Source of the DNA: Paraspadella gotoi
Taxonomy: Eukaryota; Animalia; Chaetognatha
Assembly: GCA_051294375.1 (NCBI GenBank)
Contig: CM119266.1
Coordinates: 22,916,638 to 22,980,637, forward strand
Direction of reading: 5' to 3'
DNA length: 64,000 nucleotides
The notes beneath the pieces are model-generated. The model had not been told where the DNA came from. It saw only the letters and a program-made list of their open reading frames with translations, and made no database searches. The translations under genes and the position numbers were made by a program. This document shows, piece by piece, positions 11,352 through 22,818 of this stretch. How positions within the stretch are numbered: position 1 is the first letter of the stretch; every line of letters starts with the position of its first letter.

Positions 11352-13140
11352 CTTTCAAAACCAGTTCTTTACTATAATGGAATTCTAGTACACTTGGAAT
11401 AGTTATTTACCTCATTTAAAATTTACATTATTTATAAAAAAACATTTATAAAATAATATACAAAGTTTTTTTAAAAGTATATAAATATATTTATTTAATA
11501 TTTAGATTTATATTAATTCTGATTGAGGTAATATTATATATTACCTTACTTCCCAATCATGTTGAAATTTGACGAAAGAATAAAAATATTTTTTAAAAAA
11601 AATTGTTGTTTCGATCATTTGTTTTCATTTCCAGCGGCATCGAGTTGTTCTTTTTTTTTTTTTCAGCTGGCTTCGTCATCGAAATAAGAGGTTGTATTTT
11701 TCATCGGCCTTCAGTTTGGACTGAGTCTCTCTTTCTCTCTCTCTTTTTCATGCTCCCTCTCTTTCTCTCTCTCTCGCTCTCTCTCCTTTCCGAGCCTCTC
11801 GGTCCAGAAAAGCCTGAAGATATCTTGCCGCCCGTTTTCGTGCGTGTGGGTTGTATGCTGAACACAACTAAGATGGATGGCTGCGTGGATTTGAATGATA
11901 TGTCGAGCTCTCCTTCTCTCTCTCTCTCTTCGTCTTTCTCTCTCTCTCTTTCTCTCTTTCCCTCTCTCTCTCTCTCTGTTTTCTTCGCGTCCTCCTCCTC
12001 CTCGCTCTTCCTCTTCTCGTCCATCGCTCGTTCTCTGTCCGCGGATTCGCCGATCGTCGAACGCGACGCTCTCATTGGTCGACTCGTTCCGAGCGTCGTC
12101 CCAGGTCCGGATTCTCATCCCGATCTTTCGGCTCGGCTCTGCGCGCGATACGGCCGCTCAGCGAGACGCCTGCTGCCACCTATTTTCGAAATCGCGGAAC
12201 CTCCGCTCTCGCGGAACCTACGTCGATGGCGACGACGACGACGACGACGGCAACCTCCCGAAGCCCGCGGAACGGAGATAAATGTCAGGCCATAACCATA
12301 AAAGGAGAGAACAATAATTCTTTGGGCGATAAAACACAAATGAACTCTTGAAAGGTTTGAGATAGAGTGAAAACTGCGAGCGCCGCCTTTTCGCACTCGG
12401 CCGACCCCCCCCTCCTCCGCCCCCCCTTTACGCACACGCCCCGTCAATGGGATCATTACGCAAGGTGTAATAACAATAATAATCTTTCGCTCGTTACGTA
12501 AGACGGGTCATTACGGGACGTAAACTGTCAGCTGGGCCGGCGGGNNNNNNNNNNNNNNNNNNNNNNNNNNNNNNNNNNNNNNNNNNNNNNNNNNNNNNNN
12601 NNNNNNNNNNNNNNNNNNNNNNNNNNNNNNNNNNNNNNNNNNNNNNNNNNNNNNNNNNNNNNNNNNNNNNNNNNNNNNNNNNNNNNNNNNNNNNNNNNNN
12701 NNNNNNNNNNNNNNNNNNNNNNNNNNNNNNNNNNNNNNNNNNNNNNNNNNNNNNNNNNNNNNNNNNNNNNNNNNNNNNNNNNNNNNNNNNNNNNNNNNNN
12801 NNNNNNNNNNNNNNNGAGAGAACAAAACATATGACGCTATATTTTAGCTCATCGAAGGATGCAGGACAAATTTGTTCAGACAGGTAACTGTCGTGGTTTC
12901 TATATAGAAGCGAAAGGACCGTCAAGGGAGGCGAGGTTGGATCTGACGATTGAAAACCTTCATTAGAAATAAAGAAAGAAAAAAACGGGAATTAAAAGAT
13001 ACGAGGGTACAAACGCATTATGCCTTTAACGACGACGAAGACGACGACGACGTCGATGGCAAACGAGAACGAGGCTCCGCCCACCCTTTCTTTCCGATGA
13101 CGGGGAAGGGATTCGCGGCATCCCTTTACGGAACTGAACA

Positions 13141-13174
<34 letters not shown>

Positions 13175-15273
13175 NNNNNNNNNNNNNNNNNNNNNNNNNN
13201 NNNNNNNNNNNNNNNNNNNNNNNNNNNNNNNNNNNNNNNNNNNNNNNNNNNNNNNNNNNNNNNNNNNNNNNNNNNNNNNNNNNNNNNNNNNNNNNNNNNN
13301 NNNNNNNNNNNNNNNNNNNNNNNNNNNNNNNNNNNNNNNNNACGTAGAGAATAGTAGCAAAGAGACTATAGTAAAAGCATCCCAACTTCCATATGATAAA
13401 GTTTCTTTAATATTACAGTTTAGTTTGGCCACGCCCTAAAAAGACTCTCCTTGCATGCCTCACCCTCCTCTTTCCCTCACCATACTACTATCAAGACTCT
13501 CACTCTCCTGGATTCGACTTTCCAATTCCTACTCGACCCATTTGACCCTCCGCTGCCGTCGCAGCCGCCGTAGTCGCCGCAGCCGCCGCAGCCGTCGCAG
13601 CCGCCGGGAGAAAAGGACGAGCCATTTCCGGTTTACGTGAGCGTCGTCGATGGGAAATCCCAGAACCCGATCCGTCCGATTCGTCCTTACCCATTTTAAG
13701 GGACCCGCCCTCGCTTTAATTCAAGGCCTTTTTCCTTCTAGTCAAAGACCCCACTNNNNNNNNNNNNNNNNNNNNNNNNNNNNNNNNNNNNNNNNNNNNN
13801 NNNNNNNNNNNNNNNNNNNNNNNNNNNNNNNNNNNNNNNNNNNNNNNNNNNNNNNNNNNNNNNNNNNNNNNNNNNNNNNNNNNNNNNNNNNNNNNNNNNN
13901 NNNNNNNNNNNNNNNNNNNNNNNNNNNNNNNNNNNNNNNNNNNNNNNNNNNNNNNNNNNNNNNNNNNNNNNNNNNNNNNNNNNNNNNNNNNNNNNNNNNN
14001 NNNNNNNNNNNNNNNNNNNNNNNNNNNNNNNNNNNNNNNNNNNNNNNNNNNNNNNNNNNNNNNNNNNNNNNNNNNNNNNNNNNNNNNNNNNNNNNNNNNN
14101 NNNNNNNNNNNNNNNNNNNNNNNNNNNNNNNNNNNNNNNNNNNNNNNNNNNNNNNNNNNNNNNNNNNNNNNNNNNNNNNNNNNNNNNNNNNNNNNNNNNN
14201 NNNNNNNNNNNNNNNNNNNNNNNNNNNNNNNNNNNNNNNNNNNNNNNNNNNNNNNNNNNNNNNNNNNNNNNNNNNNNNNNNNNNNNNNNNNNNNNNNNNN
14301 NNNNNNNNNNNNNNNNNNNNNNNNNNNNNNNNNNNNNNNNNNNNNNNNNNNNNNNNNNNNNNNNNNNNNNNNNNNNNNNNNNNNNNNNNNNNNNNNNNNN
14401 NNNNNNNNNNNNNNNNNNNNNNNNNNNNNNNNNNNNNNNNNNNNNNNNNNNNNNNNNNNNNNNNNNNNNNNNNNNNNNNNAATTCTAAAGGAGGTGCGTT
14501 GCTTTAGTTTATATTCCTCTCTTCATTTCTTTCTCTGTTCCATTCAGATCTCTCACCACCCAATCCTTTCAAAGTGATTCATTCGCCTCCATATGTTTTG
14601 GATTTCGACTTCGAAGTGAATCCAACTCAACCCAGCCCGACCTCAGCTCACCCGACCTCACCCCTTTTAGCGCTGTCCTTTTCCCATGTCAAGTATCCTT
14701 ATCAATCGATGACATTCCCCGTTCAAGTTTCTTCTTTTATTTACTAACTTTATAATTTTAAAATCGTTTCTTTTTTCTATCCACTGTCTTTTCTTTTCTT
14801 TTCTTTTCTTTTCTTTTATTTTCTAATTTCCCCCTTTTCCTAACTTCCTCTCTTTTTTCATCCTGTCTTCCCATCGAGATGCGTCATTCGTCCCCCCTTG
14901 TATCTGCTGCTCCGCCAGGTGAACCAAGATTTTTGGGCGACGACGATAACGACGACGACGAATGTACATCTGGCCTTTTAATCAATCACAGAAAAAAGAT
15001 TTACTATTAATTTTGACGCTTGGACTTAAGTAATTATTATGCGTAGCACGCGTCGTTCTGAAATAAACAATTTTTTGGCACAAACTTAACCTATTTATGC
15101 TATTAATTATTTCTGATCGATCTCNNNNNNNNNNNNNNNNNNNNNNNNNNNNNNNNNNNNNNNNNNNNNNNNNNNNNNNNNNNNNNNNNNNNNNNNNNNN
15201 NNNNNNNNNNNNNNNNNNNNNNNNNNNNNNNNNNNNNNNNNNNNNNNNNNNNNNNNNNNNNNNNNNNNNNNNN

Positions 15274-15307
<34 letters not shown>

Positions 15308-16430
15308 TGTTAATTCGACGCAGATTTATGCCCCACGTCATAAATTATGTGCCTCGTCTCGGCGAAGGCAGAGTCAACGGTTGACAAGCTCCTCCTATCT
15401 TTCGGGGGCGAGTGAGAGAGAGCGAGAGAGCGAGAGAGAGAAAGAGAGAGACAGAGAGATTCATATCAATAAATTCGTTCAATCCGTGTTCTATGATTAA
15501 AGATTTAATCAATATTAAATCGGACAGCCAACAAAGGAAACACTATTATTCTCATTTCATATTTATACAATTAGTACAAAAATTGTATTCCATAATTCAT
15601 TCTTTTGTTAAACTTTTATATAAAAAACAGTTTATCTTTATGTATTATTTGCCCCACAAGTAAGTTACTAACATTCTGGTCTTTGCCCATACAACGTTAG
15701 TTAATTTTTCTTTTTAGTCTTCCATTACTACTCAACAATAAGGCGGGCCAATATAAAATTAATTTGTCCATTATTTACTTAATCCATATTTACTATCACT
15801 TTGGTGAAGCACAGTATAACAATGAAGCATTTAAATATTTAAACATTTAAATATTTTTTAAGAACAGATTCAGATAGCCCATAAGAAGTTGTCTGTACAA
15901 AGTATAATGCGTTTTTCAATACTTCAATGATAAGTGGGTCAAATAAGAGAAAAACCCTTAAAAATCATCATCATCATCATCATACCATAATTTTTCTAGG
16001 TTTTTCTAATTTTAACTAATAAAACATAAAAATTAGGAAATCTTAAATAATAATATTTTTTATTTATTTTTTCAAGCTCTAACCGAATACTTTTTTAAAA
16101 ATTATGAATTTGAAAAAAAAATTATGATTTATAGTAATACAATAAACTTTAAATGCTTTTATAAATGTTATTAACTATACAAAAAATATAAATTTTTTTT
16201 AATTTCGATATTCCACAGGGATGCTCTAACATTATTTATATTACAGAACTCTGAGTTTTTACCTTGTTTCGTCTTTCTCAACAATCCTTTGTTACTTCGA
16301 TCTGCCCTCTGTCGGATTTCGGGTCAAACTGGACGCCAAGGCAACAAAAAGATAAATCGCGCAAAAAGAAAAAAGATAAATAAAAATTATAAGAGAGAGA
16401 AAAAAGAAGAGGGAGAGAGAGGAGAGAGAG

Positions 16431-16471
<41 letters not shown>

Positions 16472-17520
16472 GACGAAGAAGGAGAGAGAGTAGAGACTGA
16501 GAGAGAGAGAGAGCAAAAGTGAAAAGGATGAAAAAATAAAAGAGAGAGCTAGGAGAAGAAGAAGGAAATCAATCGCTAATTCCCGGTTGTTCACGACGGT
16601 ATTAGCCCGCGTTTTATCCGCTTTGATTCTGCCCCGTCCCCGACGGACAGTTTTAGCCCGATCGCAAGTTGGCCTCGGCCTCGCAGAGAGAGAGAAATGA
16701 TAAAAAGAAAGGAGAGATTAGGTGCGGTTGTAAAATAAAGGATTTTTTAGCAAAGAGCGGAGTTCGTTATCGGTCGGCGTCGCTTTATATTTCGATTCTC
16801 TTCCTGGCCTTTCGTTCTCTTATATTCCAGTTCTGAATTCGGACAATAACTCGACTCATGTTTCTCACGCGTTCCTTTTCTCGTTTTCTCTCTTTTGTAG
16901 TTTTCTTTGGCGGGAGGCTCGAATTTGCTAGCCGAACATTTCTGTTCCGAGATATTGACCGATTCTCCAGGGTCCTTGGACGAATCTTCGTGTAGACGTT
17001 TCTCTTTTGCATTCGCAGTAAAGTTAATAAACTCAAAATATTTAAAAATTATCCGAACAAATCCAAATACAATGACTATAAGTATACATTTACAAATAGA
17101 GAATTCTTTTAGACGAGAAAAAGATTTCGCGCCTGTTTTTTCAATCTTTAACTCAAGTAGAAAGAGTGTACGTATAATAGGAGGGATGAGAAGAAAGAGG
17201 ACCAGAGGACCGATAAAAATGAAATAATCGACACTTAATCAGAAAAAAAGAGTAGAGAGAGAGGGAGAAATACCATCTATCTGGTATTTCTGTTTTACTT
17301 TTTCTCTTCTCCTTATCCATTCTTTATTAAATCTTTTCGACTTAAAAGATAAGACTTCACTTTTTTCCTTCTCTCTTTTTTTATTTCTCTCTTTTTTTTT
17401 TTCTTCCCTCTTCCCCGACTTCTTCGTCGGCTTTCTGCCCCTGACTTTCAGTTACTGACAAACGAAACGGTAATAAATGGATTTGTCTGTCTAAAATCTT
17501 CGGGTAAATGATCGGCCTTT

Positions 17521-17557
<37 letters not shown>

Positions 17558-18242
17558 TACTCTCTCTCATCTCGTCTCTCTCTCCGTCTTTCTCCTCTAC
17601 TACCTCTCTCTCTCTCATCTCTTCTCTCTCACCCATTATTGCTCGGATTGTAAAGTAATTTGTGCAATACAAAATACCGAAACGTTAAAAGCGTTACATA
17701 ACGAATTTCCTTTTTTCCCAAACACTCTTTATATTTCAAGAAGACGACCCTCTCACATTTTAAAATCCTTTCCGTACCATTAGGCGCCCATTATAATGTC
17801 GAAGCACGAACCGAAAAAGTAGGAACGAATTGGAGCATAAACGCATGCATTCTCGGGTTGGATGCCGGATGCGCGGGTCTGGGATCCGTTTTCGTAATCA
17901 GCGCTGGGAAGAATGCCCGCGAACAGCACATAGAAAAAATCCGTTGAAGTCGTCTAAATGGTGCATGCCAAGGTTAGCGACGTGACAGGTCTAGAGTGAA
18001 GCCAACGCACGCGAGGGTGACGCGACTTTAGTCACCCGTAAATCGTTATTTTTTTCTCGCAGGCTGACCAACCGAGAAATGGCATATCACTGTATTTCTT
18101 TTCACTGTTGTAACAGGATGTTTCGTTCAGGCCTAAAAAACATTTCTTACTTGATATTTAAATTTTTTTCAGAATCTTTCGAAAATTAGAATTTTTTTTT
18201 TTAATGTTAAACTATAGAAGAAAACATTGAATATTTTCTTAA

Positions 18243-19184
18243 GGGCGACCCAAGTAACAGGAGGGGGTAAAAGCTGAACAACATAACGTTTGACCCTTTA
18301 ACTTAAGCTGCGTTCTGATCATATTAATTTATTTCTTCTATAATCATTGGGAACACCGTTAGTTAAAAAATCGATAAAATCAGCGAGCTTAATTTTCTTT
18401 ATAAACAAATCGATAAGAAGAAAAATCTTTTCCAAGTTTAAATCTTTTTTTCCAAAAAAAAGGGTAAGAATCTTAATTTTAAAAAAAGATTTTCAAGCTT
18501 TTATACACAAAATTTATAAGAAAAAAACTAGGAATGATCAAATATCAAGAGTATGCGAGGACGGACTTGTTTATATTTTACACTTGAATGTCTTTTCAAA
18601 TGATTTCTTTAATTGGATGAAAATAAAACTTTTGAAGTACGATATAAATATATGAAAAGAAGAGAAAGATTTTGTACTTTTGCCTAATTTTTATTATTAT
18701 ATAATTAGCGGAATCAATATAGTTTAAATATACATTTAAGGGATAAATATGAATATTAATTACATAATCTACTTACAGTTTTGTTTCTGCTAAGTAATAG
18801 AATTTAGGTTTGATTTGTCTGCTGTTTAAGTAATATAAAAATAAAAAATAATTAGTCTTGTTAAAGCCTTTGTTCAATGAAGGCTTAAACCTTAAAATTA
18901 TAGCTTTTGGTACAGTAAAAATTAAAAATTTGGAATTTTTAGTAAAAAATACTTTCTAATGCAAAAATAATAATGGTTATATAAATATTTAGGTAGGGTC
19001 AACTAAATTTTTTTTCATAATTATTAAATATTTTGTTTTCCGCTACAATAAGAGATAGGAATAATTTTTTTGCCGACTAGTTCCCGTGCAAAAGAAAAAA
19101 TTAAAATGACTAATCGACTCATTCAAGATTACCTTTAATGATAGACCCTTAAGCTTATGATATCATTTTTATCACTGGGTCCCC
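18243..19184. mobile_element. Non-autonomous DNA transposon (MITE-like), 942 bp, TTAA-flanked with GGG...CCC termini (Kolobok-like)
   Basis: Left end TTAA|GGGCGACCCAAGTAA (TTAA 18239-18242). Right end TCACTGGGTCCCC|TTAA (TTAA 19185-19188), an imperfect short TIR. The interior is AT-rich with no transposase ORF. The whole segment is missing from the two other copies of this locus (empty sites at ~28051 and ~34888). Confidence 0.8.
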
Positions 19185-22100
19185 TTAAACTAATTCAGTA
19201 GATGATCAAATCAATTTTTAATAAATTTTAAAATATTAATCCATTTGTTTGAATTTAAACTTTAAGTTTTAAAGGCAAAAGGTGACCATCTAAGCGGGAA
19301 AAAGAATTGTTAATCTTCCAACACGGGGGAAAAATGATTTGATTGGCAATCACTATGCTCGTCAGGAAAGAACGAACCTGCAACTTCTCTTTCTATTGAA
19401 AAACGATTCTCTCACTCTCTCTCCGCTTCACATCGTCATCTCTCTCCTCGACTCTCCTCTCTCTCTCTGCTCTCTTCTCCTCTCTCTCTCTCGGTGTGAT
19501 AAAAAATTAACTGGACGGTCAAAGAGAGAGAAAAAGTGAGAAGGGAGGGGTTGAGGGTAGAGTGAGAGAGAGACAAAAAAACCAGTCAGAGAGGAGAGAT
19601 GAGACAGAGATGAGAGAGGAGAGAAGAGCAGAGAGAGAAGCAAGGGAGAGAGAGAGAGAGAAGAGAGAGACGAGAGAGAGAGAAGAGATAGAGGAGACGG
19701 ATAAGAAGAAAAATGACGAAAGTAATTAATTTTCCCATCCGTTTCGCAAGCTCACTGGCAAAAAAAATGCGAGGATAAAATAAAAAAAGGGAAAAAAGCG
19801 AGAAATGAAAAGAAAGAAAAATAAAAAGAATTCAATCTCTGAATCCAGAAAAACTTTATGGTTTTTCTCATCTTTTCGCGGTTTTTCTTTGCTCTTAATC
19901 TTCCACTTTGCGTCTTTTCCTCCTTTTTCTTCAGCAGCCTCTCCATCGAAAACACACATAAACCATTCGCAAGATGCCATTCTTATATTAGAATTGCGGT
20001 GTCCCAGAAATGCGGCGCCTTTCATACGCCGCGCCAGGAAGGAAACGTACTCCTCTCTCTAGGACTTCCCTCCCCACTCTCTCTCTTCATCTCTCTTCTC
20101 GTCTCTCATCTCTTCTCTTTTCTCTCTCCTTTCTCCTCTTCTCTGAGTCTTTCTCAGAGATAGCGTGCTCTCTCAGACGATACGCTTGGCGCTCCGCCAC
20201 ATTCAAAACAATGTACTCAACAACAAATCAGAAAAAATATTATGTGTTTAAGTACAAAAATAGTTCCCACATTTCGCAAAGATCATCACATTACACAACA
20301 TCTCCATTTTAAAAAGTTCACTTACTTCACTCTCACAACCCACGTATCAGATTAGCAGCAATTATCACTAATACCTCTACCCTCTTTCTCTCAACATACT
20401 CATCATGCTCACTCTCTCCCATCTCACCCTCCAGCCGAGAAAATAAAGGAAAACAGAGGAAAGAATCGGGGGAGAAGACTAAATCATTTTATCGTCAACG
20501 TCTCTCTTTTTTCTTCCGGACCCCGAAATTTGTCCTCAAAAAACTTCTCTCTCTCTCCCTTTCTCCTCATCTCTCCGCTTCGCGTCCTCTCTCTCTCTCT
20601 CTTCATCCTCTCCTCTCTCTCTTTCTCTCTCTCCCTGCTGATCTAACCTTCGCGGGCCCCAAAAATTTGCATGCCTAGACTCACCAGCTTCTTAAAGTCG
20701 CGTAATGATAATGATGCTGCGCCGAAAAGACGAAGTGGTTAAAAGGCAAGAACGCCGCCGCGAAGATCGCACGGAGAGCGGGGCGCCGAAACGTAAGAGC
20801 GCGTGCGGGAGAGAGAGAGCAGAGAGAGAGAGAGAGAGAGGAGAGAGCAGAGGAGAGAAAGAGAGAGAGAAATGGCGAGCACAAAAAAAACTATTTTAAA
20901 AAAGAAAAAGAAAGTGGAGTGAGGAATAAGTGAATAAAGCGAGGTTTAGAGGCAAAAGAATTTTTTTTGTTGTTTTTTTTATGTTTTGGATTAATGGATT
21001 GTCCGAACTTGCAGATGAAGGGCGGGTGGGTGGGTGGAGTTTCGTGTTTCGGGGGATGAGAAGGATTTTTGTTTATAGCGGGATGAATGTTGTTGTACAA
21101 TGTACCAAAAAAAATCAACTTAATTTATTTGCATACTTGTACGTCCATATATAGTATGGGATGATTGTCGGGAGGCAATGGAGTGATTTTTTAAGATTAA
21201 GAAAATATTCCCGCCGTAAATTATAACATAACTCGCGACAATACCTTTGACGAAAAAGAGGGAAAGAGAGAAACTTTTCCTTGTTCGCCTAAAAGTACTT
21301 CAATTGAACCATCTACAACCAATATTAAATATCATCAACTCTATTCTGAGCGTCTACTGTTTTTTCTCCGGCGGGAGTCTCGCAAAAAATCGGAAAGAAA
21401 GACTCAAAGAGCAAAAAATTCTTCGATGACAAAGAAGAGAGTTTTCGAGAAAGAAGCGAAGCTCGAAACGAGTCGGAGCAGGAGAAATCAAATCATCTGT
21501 GTTTGTGTCCTTGTCATTGGCTTCGTCAATTAATCTTGATTTACATACTTCAATCAAAGAATGAACGAGCGAACAGCGACGGGCGGTGGACGGGCGCAGG
21601 GGTGGGAGGGAGAGGGGTGGTAGTGCTAAGGGCGGGCCAAAAGACGGGGAGCGGGCGCAGGGGTGGGGGCTGGAGAGGGACTATACTTAAGAGGTTTATC
21701 ATAATTTGTCATGTCGAGATTTTATTTGTACCCTTTAGTCTTTTCCTCCATAGTGATCGGTTACGGGGGTGAAATAGTTACTTCGATGGGAAAAAGCTTT
21801 CTCATTAATTTACTTTCACGATGAGAAGAAATAATATTATTTATACGAAATTTGCCGAATGTTTGTTCTTCAAATTCATAATAATTTATTTTATTCTCGC
21901 CTCTCCACCCCTAATATACTCTCTCTCTCTCGCTCTCTCTCTCCTATTCTATCTCTCTCCTCTCATCTCTCTCTCTCTATCTCTCTCTCACCGTTCCCCT
22001 TCATCGCCCATTATCTTCATCTGTATCTATCATCTTTTGCCCAAACTCGTTACATACCCAATCATCTGAATCCAAAACTCAATCCACCATCCAAATAATA

Positions 22101-22786
22101 AAAACCCCACCGCTCACGCTCTGAAACTTTCACAGATCTCTCTCTATCTCTCCTCTCTCTCTCTCTCTCATCTATTCTCCCTCTCCTCTGCTCTTCCTTC
22201 CCTTTCCATGAATACCAATTAATTCAAATGGATTTTCTCTTTCTCTCTCTTCTCTTTTCAACTAATTCGCCAGCATCGGTCTTCGAATTCCTAAAATAGT
22301 TTTTGAGAAAAAAAGTCGCGTCCCACGAGACGTTGAAATCATGATGTTGAAAATTGCGTCCCAGAATTGTTGCTTCATTTGATTAAGGTACTGAGAAAAT
22401 AAATTAAAGATACAAAACATTTTTAATTAATTCTCTCTTTCGTAATAAGACTTCTTCAGTTTCACCGTGAACCCCCAATAGAACTTTTAATCGCCGCACA
22501 ATACTTTTATCTGTTATTTGCGCTTTTGACATTTTATTTACTTTTACAACTATATAGATTCTTCAGTTCTTAAATTTACATATTTCATCAAAATTATCTT
22601 TGACCTCAATTAAATATCACCACCCAGGTTTCCCTCGTGCTTTTTTTTTCTCTTTATCAAAGATCCGAGAGACTTTGAAATTTAATGTCGACCACAGATT
22701 TTTTCTTCGTTCTTTATCTCAATTTGGATGAGATTTGTTCTGCAATTCGAAGGAAATGAATAGCGAGCAAGAAAGAGAGAGAGAAG

Positions 22787-22818
<32 letters not shown>

